The notes under the pieces were generated by a model, which was given only the letters and a program-made list of their open reading frames with translations, was not told the DNA's origin and did no database searches. A program made the translations under genes and the position numbers. 64,000 nt of DNA from Hemiscyllium ocellatum (Eukaryota). The DNA is taken from NCBI RefSeq assembly GCF_020745735.1, contig NC_083435.1, forward strand, positions 36,977,090 to 37,041,089, in the 5' to 3' direction. Shown here piece by piece: positions 1 to 12,463 of this stretch (within the stretch, counting starts at the first letter, position 1; each line of letters begins with the position of its first letter).

Positions 1-2626
1 GGCACTAACTCAGTCCCCAGCCCGTGCCGAGGCTGTGCACTCTCCTGCAGATCCTCGACTTCCCTTGGGGTTTCCTTCCCCAATGTCACTAATGCCACTG
101 GCTTCGCCTCCTTTACCACATTTTGTCCCATAGTGCCTTTCTTCAACAACCAGCACTGTGACTTTCCATGTCCCACCTTCCATATCCTGCCTTTCACCTC
201 CTTTCCATCCTTTTCGGCTTCTTCTTTCACCTGTGGTAAACGATTCCCTGTGTGCTCTCCTCTTTGTTGTGTAGTGTAGGATCTCCCCTTCTCCCAGTTT
301 CTATCCCTCACAGGATGAAATGCTTGCTGGAAGCTGAAATTTGCCGTATGTACCAACGCACATTCTTCTGCCAGCTCTGCTGCTCCTCTCACTTTTTGCA
401 CTCTCTGTTCATCCAGATAAATTCTTATCATCTCTGGACATGAGTTTTTAAACTCCTCCAGCAAAATAATCTCTCTGAGAGCCTCATCGGTCTTATCTAG
501 TTTTAAGGCCTGCACCCATCTATCACAATTACCGTGTGTAATGCTTTTGAACGCAGTGTAAGTCTGACCTGGTTCCTGCTTTCTGTTTGAATCACTGTCG
601 ATATGCTTCTGGTACCAATTCATGAGCTCCCAAAGTAGCCTGTTTGCCATCTGCATGATCTCTTGACCCATCATCTGACAGTGTTGCCTATATCTCACTC
701 AAACTGCCTCCCAGCTCAGTCTGACCTAGCATTACCCACAAGTTCTCTGACCACTCCATCCACCACACCAATTTTTTTAACTGACATAAAGACAGCTTCG
801 ACATCTTTCTCATCAACATGTGGCAATGTTTAAACACTTTTCAAAAATTCATTTGCAGGATTTGGGTGTCGCTGGCTGGGTCAGCATTGATAGCCCATCC
901 CTATTTACCCTGGAGAAGGTAGTGGGGAGCTTCTTGAATCACTGCAGTCCACGTGCTGTGGGTTAACACACAGTGCCGGTAGGGAGGGAAGTCCTGGATT
1001 TTGACCCAGTGACTGTGAAGGAACGGCGGTATATTTCCAAGTCAGGATGGTGAGTGGCTTGGAGGGGAACTTGCAGGGGGTGGTGTTCCCAAGTACCTGC
1101 TGCCCTTGTCCTTCTCGATGGAAGTAGTCGTGGGTTTGGAAGGTGCTGTCTAAGGATCTTTGGTGAATTTCTGCAGTTTGTCTTGTAGATAGTGCACACG
1201 CTGCTACTGAGCACTGGTGGTGGAGGGATTGAAGGTTTGTGGATGTGGTGCTAATCAAGTGGGGGCTGCTTTGTCCTGGATGGTGTCAAGTTCCTTGAGT
1301 GTTGTTGGAGCTGGACCCATCCAGTGCAAGTGGGGGGGATCCCATCACACCCCCGCCTTGTGCCTGTAGATGGTGGATCGACTTTGGGGGGTCAGGAGGC
1401 GGGTTACCTGCTGCTGTATCCCATGTCTCTGACCTGCTCTTGCAGCCACTGTGTTTATGTGGTGAGTCCAATTGTGTTTCTGGTCAGTAGTGATCCCAAG
1501 GATGTTGACAGTCGGGGATTCAGTGATGGTAATACCATTGAATGCCAAGGGGCAGTGGTTAGAGTGTCTCTTATTGGTGATGGTCATTGTCTGGTATATT
1601 TATATGATTTTGGTTACTTGTGGTTGGTTAAATTAAAAGTGAGGGAAATGGCTCTTAAGAATTGCAGAAGAGGTATGTCCTTCCACTATCTTTCTAAATG
1701 GTGCGAATGTTACTTGCCACTTGTCAGCCCAGCCTGAATATTGTCCAGGTCGTGTTGCATTTGAGCACGGACTCCTTCAGTACTTGAGGAGTCGCGAATG
1801 GTGCTGAACGCTGTGTAACCATCAGCGAACATCCCCACTTCTGACCTTATGGCAGAGGGAAGGTCATTGATGAAGCAGCTGAAGATGGTTGGGCCTAGGA
1901 CACTACCCTGAGGGACTCCTGCAGAGATGTCCTGGAGCTGAGATGACTGACTCTCCACAACAACAACAACTCCATTTGTATATCTCACTACCTTTTCTCT
2001 GCATCTCCATCCTTTTCATTTGATACCTGACTAATTCACAACTTCCGAAAACCAAATTCTCTCTCCTTTCTCTTCCTCTTTGCTCAGCTCTTTCTTTCAT
2101 TTTCCTCTCTCTCACTCTCTCTCTCTCGCTCTTCTCTCATGGCTCTTCTTCTCTTCCTTTATCATCTAACTCCATTTGTCTCAATTGCAATTTAAGTTTT
2201 TCGAACTCTACTGCATTGGTCTGTTTCTCTGATACACCAAAGTGCTTGACCAACTCCATGACAATTTCAGCTTTACTTTTGTCCCTGGTTAAACCCAACT
2301 CTAACCTACTTGCTAATTTTTAAAATATGTCCTTCCACTATCTTTCAAAATGTTTTTGGCAAATTTGGGAAACAAATTTTCTTCAAACTCCAGAACCTCC
2401 TCAGCAATTCTTAAGAGCCATTTCCCTCACTTTTAACTTAACCAACCACAAGTAACCAAAATCATATAAATTGCCTCACCTACCATTTACTTAAAAATCC
2501 AGGAGACTAATTAGCAAGTGGTTAAATCTGCTGGGATCTTTCAAACCCCAAATCTGTTCAAATCTCTCCTAATCTCAGACTGGATCTGTCTAAACCTGTC
2601 CAACTCACAGACCCAAGCCCCCAGAC
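1..2626 (-). mobile_element. Gypsy/Gmr1-like LTR retrotransposon internal region (degraded gag with SCAN-like domain), split by an L2 insertion
   Basis: Minus-strand gag start at 2421 (MALK...LASRLELGLTRDKSKAEIVMELVKHFG...coiled coil). 300-830 reads with frameshifts as ELVPEAYRQ...DRWVQALKLDK..EALREIILLEEFKNS. PBS-like TGGGGGCT (tRNA-Pro type) at 2623-2616. Confidence 0.75.
845..1972 (-). mobile_element. L2-like LINE, 3' part
   Basis: RT motif QGSVLGPTIFSCFINDLPS..RSEVGMFAD. 3' tail of the type shared with Deu-type SINEs. Inserted in the Gmr1 gag. Confidence 0.85.
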
Positions 2627-3330
2627 TGTTAGGACATGGGGTAAACTCTTCTGCTAATTAAACCAAACACACAGAAAAGCTCATCTCACCTTGTAATCTG
2701 TTAAAATATGAGTGACAGAGAACTCACAAATTTCACTCTTTAATGAAAATAACGTCAGTTTATTTTTGTAATTCTAAAAGTGAACATTAACCAACAACTG
2801 TTCACAACTCTGAGACCCCATTTCTCATATCTGATTATTACCTGCCTCCAACTGTATAACAATATACTGTTCCAGTAAGACACTTATTAAAATTACATCA
2901 ACTTAATTTCAAACCCACACAACAGCTGTCGTCATCGGTGTCTTTCTTCTTCTGGCTGTAGATCTCCCTGGGTCGTCACCTTTCTTTATCATTTGATCAT
3001 GCTTCATATGAACAGGTACCTTTGATAGATCGTGTTTCCTAATTTCTTGGATCTGTGTTGATGGCAGTTGCTCTGTCTGATTTTCAAACTGCCTGCCTTT
3101 TTAAAATTCCCAACATTGGATCGTCTCATTGGGTCAACATTCGCAAGACAATAAATTGAAACTTGATTATGTTTTAGTATCCTGGGGCATAATTTAAACT
3201 GATTGATTAAATTCAAATTGCTGTCAAAACAGCAATTGCACAGCTAATTGATGCATGTTTCAATTTCAGAACTGCCTGTAATATGCATTTGCTTATTAAC
3301 TCGGTCTCTGTGTTAAATGTTAAGCTTAGA
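2627..3330 (-). mobile_element. 5' LTR of the Gmr1-like element
   Basis: Ends in ...TAACA just before the PBS. The distal boundary is approximate. Confidence 0.5.
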
Positions 3331-3939
3331 TAAGCACTTTATCTCTTAAAGAGACCACGCACTCTTTCCTCCTATCATTTTAACAAACAAATTCCATTCC
3401 ACTTCAGGAGTACTCTACACAACTTCATAACAATATATTTGTAATTATTTCTGACACCGGAAATTTGGAATTCAGACGATCTGACTAATTTTGTCCAAAG
3501 ACCTGAAGGCATAGGACCAGAACTCGATCATCCAGCTCATTAGTTCCTGCTTCATGATGTGATTAAATCATGGCTGATCTGATAATCTTACAACTGCATT
3601 TTCCTCCCTGACCCTGACTGATTAATAATCTGTCTGTCTCAGCCTCGAAAATACTTAATAAACAAGCCTTGAAAGCCCAATGTGATACAGAATTCCAGAG
3701 ATTCATCACCCCAAAAATCACTCCTTAAATAGCTAACCCCTTACTCTGGGTTGAAGCCCTCTTGTCTTCAACTCTTCTACAAAGAGAAATAATCTTTTCA
3801 CATCTCCCCGTCTAATTTCTAAAAACATTCTGGTGATCTGAATATTGACTGATGCCTGTGCCATTCTTGAAGGACATTCGTCATTTGGACAAGCACTGTC
3901 AGTCTGGAGATTTCCTGACTGCTTTCTGAGATCTTCCCC

Positions 3940-4140
3940 GGGCATGGCATACAGGGGACATTTTGTGTCCCACTTTGTGGACAGGTACCTGGAGGCCCTA
4001 CTGAGCAGGGTGATGCAGAGGAGGGGTGTCCTCTTTCCCCAGGACCACAGAGAATGCTATGGGTATAGATCCTGCCAGTCTGCCCTGACATTGCCAGTCA
4101 GGTCAGTGCAGTGTCGGCTGATTGGAGGAATGTCCAGCAG
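3940..4140 (+). mobile_element. PIF/Harbinger Myb/SANT-like ORF remnant
   Basis: HFVDRYLEALLSRVMQRRGVLFPQD resembles the N-terminus of fish Harbinger Myb-like proteins (recognised from memory). Confidence 0.45.
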
Positions 4141-4479
4141 TGTAGGAAGGGGATCAGTGACAATGTCCACTCAGACAGTGTGGGAGGTCACTATTTCACT
4201 CCAACACCTCACGTTCACTCTATCTCTGCAACTGGACCCAGCTCCCACCAAGGTTAAATTCCACCTACTCTCAAGTTTGCATGCAACATCTTCCCCCAGT
4301 CGTTCTCACCGACCCCAACATCAGAAACCCTGAATGCTCCCTCTGCGCTGCCTGCTCAGTGCTTGGGACAACTCCCCACTTGCCCCCACCTGCACCCAGC
4401 ACCAACAGCTGTACAACCCCCTTCTATCTCCTTTAATAGCTCCCTTTGTCTCATCCCCAGGGTAAAATGCCCACTGTCA

Positions 4480-5230
4480 GGCAGGAAGAACCAAGACAGG
4501 CAGTGGGCTGTCTGACATTCAGTTCCTCACCCTTCATGAGGAAAGTATCTGACAGACTGAGTATACTTCACAGGGAAATCAGGAAGGCAGAAAGGGGACA
4601 TGAGGTAGCTTTGGCAAACAGGGTTAATGACAATCTGAAGGGGTTCTGGAAATACATTAAGGACAAAAGGAGAGAACAGAGTCCCTCAAAGATCAGCCAG
4701 GACACCTATGTGTGGAACCACATGAGATGGGGGAGATACTAAATGAGTTGTATCAGTGTTTATTGTGAGGAAAGATATGGAAGATAGGGACATGAGGAAA
4801 TAAGTAGTGACAACTTGAATAATGTTCATATTACATCATTCCGACAGCAGGGAGACCAGAATTGCACACAGAATTTCATAAGTAGGCTAACCAATGTCCT
4901 GTACAGCCACAATAGGACCTCCCAGCTCATGTACTCAATACTCTGACCAAACCGGCGAACATACCAAATACCTTCCTCACTGTCCTAGATCCTTACAGCC
5001 CCACATTTGAGGAACTATGACCCAGTACTCCAAGGTCTCTTTGTTCAGAATCACTCCTCAGATCTTACCATGAAGTGTATAAGTCCTGCCCTTTCCAAAA
5101 TCAGCCCCTCGCATTTCTGTAAATCAAGCTCCATCTGCCACTCCTCACCCCACTGGCCCATCGGATCAACACCCCATTGTACTCTGAGGTCACCTTCTTC
5201 ACTGGCCACTCCACCAAAACTGTTGGGGTC
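4480..5230. mobile_element. CR1 LINE fragments in both orientations
   Basis: ALANRVNDNLKGFWKYIK (plus); VSKFADD and QWGEEWQME (minus). Confidence 0.7.
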
Positions 5231-6097
5231 ATCTGCAAACTTACTAACCACACCCTGCGATGTTCTCTTACCATTTTGGGAATACTCAACACACCCCTTT
5301 TCCTGCCAAAGGAGGTAACCTCCCATTTTCCACATCCCAGTCCTTTTCCTCCTGATTTTCCTCAGATATTGCATTCCCATTCCTGGTTGCCATGTCATCC
5401 TTGTTTCTGTCATTTAGGTCATTCCAAAGCCTTCAGTTGAGCCTTCAGTTGTTTACCTCATTGTGAGTGTTACATCCATCCAAGTGGGGACACCTGAACC
5501 TGCTCTTTTTGACATCATTCCATTTCCCAAGCACACTGGATGCTCCACTTTCTTTCCTCTGCCTTCTAGACTTCCTCAGGGCTTTTTAACTCACTGTCAC
5601 CAACTTTACTCCCTTCAGTTTGGTTCCCATCCGTCTGAACTCATCTCATCAGCATCAGCAAATCTCCACATAGGCATTTCAGTCCAGTCCCAATAGGGTG
5701 TAACCAAGTGGTAGTGTCCCTACACTAGACCGCGAGGCCTGGTTGCAGTCCTACCTGCTCCAGAGGTGTGGAACAATATTCATTAGGAAAATGGGTAAAA
5801 TAAAACAAAAGTTTCCCTTGACAAGTCTCACCTGCCCCAGGATTAGATTGAATTCCTCGGAAGTCCCATGCCATCCCTCAGCACTGCCTCTCTCGCCATG
5901 GATTGAAACAACTGATCCTCCTGTTCTTATCCTCACTTCTTACTTTGGATTGTTTAATGTCCTATTCTTTAATCAGCCGAAACCTCATGCTACAACGATC
6001 ACTGTCCTTTAAAAGTTCCCTGCTCACTTGTTGCCTCCCTCATTCCTGAGAACAAAGTCTTACAGTGTCTCCTCTCTGACTGAACTGGAGACATGTC

Positions 6098-7790
6098 AGA
6101 GAGTCATAGAGTCACAGAGATGTACAGCATGGAAACAGACCCTTCGGTCCATCCCGTCCATGCTGACCAGATATCCCAATCCAATCTAGGCCCACCTACC
6201 AGCACCCGGCCCATATCCCTCCAAACTCTTCCTAAACATATATCCATCCAAATGCCTTTTAAATGTTGTAATTGTAGCAGCCTCCACCACTTCCTCTGGC
6301 AGCTCATTCCATAGACATACCTCCCTCTGTGTGAAAAAGTTGCCCCTTAGGTCTCTTTTATATCTTTCCCCTTTCGCACTAAACCTATACCCTCGAGTTC
6401 TGGACTCCCCGATACCAGGGAAAAGACCTTGGGTATTTACCCTATCCATGCCCCTAATGATATTGTAAACCTCTATAAGGTCACCTCTCAGCCTCCAACA
6501 CTCCCTGGAAACATCCTTGTAATTCTTTTCTGAACCCTTTCAAGTTTCACAACATCCTTCCGATAGGAAGGAAACCAGAATTACACGCAATATTCCAACA
6601 GTGGCATAACCAATGTACTGTACAGCCACAACATGACCTCTCAACTCCTGTACTCAATACTCTGACCAATAAAGGCAAGCATAATAAACACCTTCTTCAC
6701 TATCCTATCTACCTGTGACTGTACTTTCAAGGAGCTATGAACCTGCACCCCAAGGTCTCTTTGTTCAGCAACACTCCCTGGGACCTTACCATTAAGTGTA
6801 TAAGTCCTGCTCAGATTTGTTTTCCCAAAATGCAGCACTTCACATTTATCTGAATTAAACTCCATCTGCCACTCCTCAGCCCATTGGCCCATCTGGTCAA
6901 GATCCCATTGTAATCTGCGGTAACCTTCTTTGCTGTCCATTACACCACCAATTTTGGTGTCATCTGCAAACTTACTAACTATACTTCTTAAACTCACATC
7001 CAAGTCATTTATATAAATCATTTATATGAAACGTAGTGGACCCAATCCTTGTAGCACTCCACTGGTCACAGGCCTCCAGTCTGAAAAACTATCCTGCACC
7101 ACCAGCCTCTGTCTTCTACCTTTGAGTCAGTTCTGTATCCAAATGGCTAGTTCACCCTGTATTCCATGAGATCTAACCTTGCTAATCAACTTCCCATTGG
7201 AACCTTGTCTTACTGAAGTCCATATAGATCACATGTACATCTCTGCCCTCATCAATCCTCTTTGTTGCTTATTCAAAAAACTCAATCAAGTTTGTGAGAC
7301 ATGATTTCCCATGCACAAAGTCATGTTGACGATCCCGAATCAGTCCTTGCCTTTCCAAATACATGCACATCCTGTCCCTCAGGATTCCCTCCAACAACTT
7401 GCCCACCACCGAGGTCAGGCTCACCGGGCTATAGTTCTCTGGCTTGTCTTTCCTGCCCTTCTTAAACAGTGGCACCATGTTTGCCAACCTCCAGTCTTCT
7501 GACACCTCACCTGTGACTATCGATGATACAAATATCTCAGCAAGAGGCCCAGCAATCACTTCCCTAACCTCCCACAGAGTTCTAGGGTACACCTGATCAG
7601 GTCCTGGGGAGTTATCCACTTTTATGCATTTCAACACATCCAGCACTTCCTCCTCTGTAATAAGGACACTTTTCAAGATGTCACCATCTATTTCCCTACA
7701 TTCTATATCTTCCATGTCCTTTTCCACAGTAAATACTGATGCAAAATACTTATTTAGTCTCTTCCCCATCTCCTGCAGCTCCACACATGG
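6098..7790 (-). mobile_element. CR1 LINE (RT and 3' tail), frameshifted
   Basis: SPGPDQVYPRTL, NYSPVSLTSVVGK, YINDLD..SKFADDTKIG, FFTQR..LWNELP; (gagtcata)n-type tail. Confidence 0.92.
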
Positions 7791-8347
7791 GAGAAAATCT
7801 TCTTCAGCGCACTCTCACACTCTTGGACTTTACTATTCTGTATCCTCCTGATATTCCCGTTTGGCTTAGTTCCTAATTTTGTTGTTTAAATACCTTTCCC
7901 CAATCCCACACTTCATATCATAGAAAACGAGAGAAGCTTTATGGCTGATTTCTTTACCCAGCAGTCTATGCGGTGGGGACTATCCCCTCCCAAGGTCACA
8001 GGGGAGTGGTGCACGGACACACTGACAGCCAATGTTTGGAGCATGCCCAGTGTGATCAGTATACACACATAAACACATCTTGTTCCCTGTCTGATCTTCC
8101 TTTGTGTGATCGGCCCAGATCAGGTCTAATATTGATCATTAAACCCATCACACACACTCTCATCCTCACTGACTGAATATTGATGGGATGGGAGAGATCT
8201 CCAGAATCTCCATAAAGTGTAAGGATGGAGGGGAGTGTGGGAATGAGGATTTCTGACACAATCTCCATCCCCTCACAGTTGTTGTGTTTTCACTCTCTGA
8301 GAATGGATTATTCCCCATTCTAATGGACATTTATTTTGTTCCTGCAG

Positions 8348-8380
8348 GTTCCCCAAGTGGGACCTACACAACAGCTCCCA
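8348..8380 (+). pseudogene. Orphan class I cytoplasmic exon (GSPSGTYTTAP) of a third paralog
   Basis: cctgcag|GTTCCCCAAGTGGGACCTACACAACAGCTCCCA|gtaagt differs by 1 nt from gene B exon 6. Flanking intron homology to 45400-44690 spans about 8060-8470. Confidence 0.8.
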
Positions 8381-8769
8381 GTAAGTGACTGAGGGGACAG
8401 AGTGTTGAGAATGATGGGAGAGGGATTGGAAGGTGGAGAGTTAAATTTCCTGGGAATTACTCAGGAGTGGAATCCTCAACATCCAGATCCTCAGCCTGCA
8501 GTTGTTCCTTCTTTTGTCCTTGCTCTTCAATCTCTCTTCCTCAATCATTTTTCATCCACTTGCTCACTGTCCAGGTCTTTCAGCATCCTCCCCTCAGCCG
8601 CAGCCCTCCCCACCCTCTCCCTCACCATGTTCTGGGGTATGTGAGGTGGGACAGTGCTGTGCCTTTAAGAGATGTGTTTTGTCCTGTTTCTCTTGCAGAG
8701 GGCTGTTGTCACACTGGGACCGAAATGTCTCATTCAGACAAGCAGGTGGTGAACAGCTTTCAATCATGA

Positions 8770-9128
8770 GTGGGTGGGGCCGGGCTGGGTGGGGCTGGGG
8801 TGGATGGGTGGGGTCGGTTTGGGTGGCTAGGGCCAGGGTGGGTGGGCTGGGCTGGGTGGGTTGGGTGGGCAGGGGCCGTGCTGGGTGGGCGGGGTGGCTG
8901 GACTCAGGCTGGGTGGGCTGGGGAGGCTGGGGTCGGGCTGGGTGGGCTGGGGCTGGGCTGGATGGGTGGGGTCGGTTTGGGTGGCTAGGGCCAGAATGGG
9001 TGGGCTGGGCTGGGTGGGCAGGGGCTGCTGGGTGGGCGGGGTGGCTGGACTCGGGCTGGGTGGGCTGGGTAGGGTGGGGTCGGGCTGGGTGGGCTGGGTG
9101 GCTGGGGTCGGCTGGGGTGGGCTGGGTT
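8770..9128 (+). repeat. G-rich GGGCT/GGGT composite tandem repeat
   Basis: About 360 bp of GGG runs separated by 1-3 nt, with an internal higher-order repeat. Confidence 0.9.
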
Positions 9129-9129
9129 T

Positions 9130-10075
9130 GGTGAAGTCTTTGCTGGCTGCTGGAGCTGAAAACTTGAGTTCTCTGCTGCTGGAGTGAAACCTTCGACAGA
9201 GAGGCTTCCTTTCAGGAATCAACAGGGGCAAATGTTTCTTTGGGTGTTTCCTACAACTGAGCTGGAGAGAGATAGCATGTGAGAACAACAACTTCTGCTG
9301 AATTTCATTGGTCAAGAGTTTAAGGGATGCTTTTAAATATATCAATCGGATTAAAGTTATGCCTTTCTTTTGTATTTTAACTGTACTGTAAAAATAAAGT
9401 GTGTTTTGTTTAAAGCCGAGAGATGGGCCAATCAAATCACATCTGGAACACAGCACCTTGACTTGCCTTTCAAGAAATATAAACGTTAGTGTCGAGGCAA
9501 TTTCCATCATATACTTTGTGAGGGAACTGGTCTGATCTGTAATAAATTGAGATGTCTGGTCTGGAATCAGAACCTCCAACTCCAGGTTGGGTTCAGGAGG
9601 ATTGTCCTCAAAGGCAGCAAATGGTGAGTGTTGGTATTCTCTTTTGACGTGTTGCATTCAGTTGGTTTGAATAGGGGTGTGTTGTATAATAATGGCTGTT
9701 CTCAGAGGTTAAACGTTTCTGGGCTGTGGGGCAAGTAGTCCCTTGGGCTGGATTGCAGATGGTGAATAATGGAAAGCTTTTGGAATTGGCAGATGAGCTA
9801 CAGTTACCTGCAGATGTGAGGGAGATAATGGCAGTGAGAGCTCTGCATTTCTGGCAAATGTAGGTGCTCTCAGAATCGTTGGAAATGGTTAAACTTCAAT
9901 TGCACATGAAGCATCTAATAATACAGGCAACAGTAAAAGAGAGAGAACATTGCAGTAGAACAAAGAGCAAAAAAATTAGACCAGCTTGAATATGAAAAGG
10001 AAATGAAACAGTTTGCATTCCAGTTGCAAGCAGAACAAAAAGAGAAAAAGGATATTGTCTTTTATAACTGATGAC
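9130..10075 (+). mobile_element. LTR plus truncated Gmr1-like gag start
   Basis: LTR-like segment with AATAAA to about 9545. Degraded MA..V..FLG...KLLELADELQL...LEMVKLQLHMK follows from about 9692. Confidence 0.55.
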
Positions 10076-10139
10076 TGAAAAAGTAAAATACTATTATCAA
10101 CATATTTAAACTCTCTTGTTTTTACTAATGCTGACTGGC

Positions 10140-10345
10140 TTATAGAGTCATCGAGATGTACAGCACGGAAACAGACCCTTCGGTCCATCCCGTCCATGCT
10201 GACCAGATATCCCAACCCAATCTAGTCCCACCTGCCAGCACCCGGCCCATATCCCTCCAAACACTTCCTTATTCATATACCATCCAGATGCCTCTTAAAT
10301 GTTGTAATTGTACCAGCCTCCACCACTTCCTCTGGCAGCTCATTC
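10140..10345 (-). mobile_element. CR1 3' tail fragment
   Basis: Near-identical to 6105-6310. Confidence 0.85.
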
Positions 10346-12232
10346 CAAGCTTGATGTGAATTTGCATTATTTTCTATCGTTAATTGGAGATAGAATACAG
10401 TTGTGTTGTTTAATCAGTGTGTATGAATGTCAAAAGGAAATCAATAGCTAACTATTGAAGTAAATAGAAACTGTAACAGTCTTCTGTGTAATACAGACAG
10501 GTAAATCATAATTTGAACAGGGCTATTTAAACAGATGTATTAGCATTTCACAGGTCTTATGTTTTCTCCAAATTAGTTTGCAGATTATAAATGATGTCAC
10601 GAGTGACCAATAAGTGGACAATATGTGACCTGTGACAACATTATGTTGTTACCCTCGGAAATCATTGTGCAAAACAATCTGACAGCAATTATTCAAAATT
10701 CCAATTCCAGGCAACAAATCCTAAATGGCTGCAATTAGTTAAACCTTCGATAAGATTTACAGTCAATTTTCTATGTCCTCTTAGTGACTGAAAAGAAATG
10801 AATTTTATTCAGTTGACAATCTTATTTCATCCAGTTTATTTTAATCTTTGCAAACAATTGAATTCCTGAATGAAGCAGTGCAGAGTCAGGCTTGTGGTTT
10901 TGGGTGAGTCAAAAATGATCAAGGAACAACTATAATAACTCTTTTTTTTATTCAGACTGTTTAATTGGCCAGTTTAATTTTTTTTTACTAAATATAGTAA
11001 TTGGTTTCCTCTGTGGGCAGTATCTCCATACACAGAAAATCTGATCATTGAAATGATGTTTAAAAATATTTAATAAACCAACTTTGATTCTACAGGTATT
11101 GAACAAGAATCTGACCAAAGATCCTCACTAAATATAATGTTCTCCACCAAAATGTGCTGAGGGGTTAGGGTGAGGATTGAAAACATTGGAGGGCAGAGGA
11201 GGTGGAAGCCACAGCATTTGCAAGGTAGTGAAGGAGTGCAGGCTTAGAAAATCAGCAAATACAATCAATAAAGTTGAAAGTTAGGAGTATGAGGATAAGG
11301 AAAGGAGATGAAGAAGCAGCGGTCGAAAGCTAGTTCTTCCAAATATACATAGAACATAGAACAATACAGCACAGAACAGGCCCTTCGGCCCACGATGTTG
11401 TGCCGAACATTTGTCCTAGCTTAAGCACCTATCCATGTACCTATCCAATTGCCGCTTAAAGGTCACCAATGATTCTGACTCTGCCACTCCCACAGGCATC
11501 ACTCTCTGGGTAAAGAACCTACCCTGACATCCCCTCTATACTTTCCACCCTTCACATCAAATTTATGTCCCCTTGTAACACTCTGTTGTACCCGGGGAAA
11601 AAGTCTCTGTCTACTCTATCTATTCCCCTGATCATCTTATAAACTTCTATCATGTCACCCCTCATCCTTCGCCGTTCCAATGAGAAAAGGCCTAGCACTC
11701 TCAACCTATCCTCATACGACCTATTCTCCATTCCAGGCAACATCCTGGTAAATCTCCTCTGCACCCTCTCCAAAGCTACCACATCTTTCCTAAAGTGAGG
11801 CGACCAGAACTGCACACAGTAATCCAAATGTGGCCTAACCAAAGACCTGTACAGCTGCAACATCACCTCACGACTCTTGAGAATTCCATCCCTCTGCTAA
11901 TGAATGCTAATACACCATAGGCCTTCTTACAAGTTCTATCCACCTGAGTGGCAACTTTCAAAGAGCTATGAACATAGACCCCAAGATCCCTCTGCTCCTC
12001 CACCTTACTAAGAACCCGACCGTTAACTCTGTATTCCGCATTCTTATTTGTCCTTCCAAAATGGACAACCTCACACTTGACAGGGTTGAACTCCATCTGC
12101 CACTCCTCAGCCCAGCTCTGCATCATATCTAAGTCCCTTTGCAGCCGACAACAGCCCTCCTCACTATCCAAAACTCCACCAATCTTCGTATCGTCTGCAA
12201 ATTTACTGACCCACTCTTCGACTCCCTCTTCC

Positions 12233-12463
12233 TGACCTCTCCGCCCCCACCCCACTCCAGCCTATCACCCTCACCTTGACCTCCTTCCACCTATCCCACC
12301 TCCATCGCCCCTCCCCCAAGTCCCTCCTCCCTACCTTTTATCTTAGCCTGCTTGGCTACTCTCTCTCATTCCTGATGAAGGGCTTATGCTCGAAACGTCG
12401 AATTCTCTATTCCTGAGATGCTGCCTGGCCTGCTGTGCTTTGACCAGCAACACATTTTCAGCT
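12233..12463 (+). mobile_element. Penelope-derived short insertion with a 13-bp TSD
   Basis: GACTCCCTCTTCC is duplicated at 12220-12232 and 12464-12476. Contains a hammerhead core. Confidence 0.85.
12368..12403 (+). ncRNA. Minimal type I hammerhead ribozyme motif
   Basis: AUUC-CUGAUGA-A-GGGC(UUAU)GCUC-GAAA-CGUC^GAAU: intact core, stem II, 4-bp stem I and palindromic ACGU stem III. Confidence 0.75.

Noticed and set aside
8502-9657. Long ORFs of 210 and 276 aa
   Set aside because: They are translations of the G-rich tandem repeat and LTR; low complexity with no domain.
10575-10620. TGATGTCA plus CCAAT as an MHC X2-Y module
   Set aside because: Wrong order and orientation, no X1 box, no nearby first exon. 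Isolated CTGATTGG (37259, 45311) and TGCGTCA (35814) were rejected likewise.
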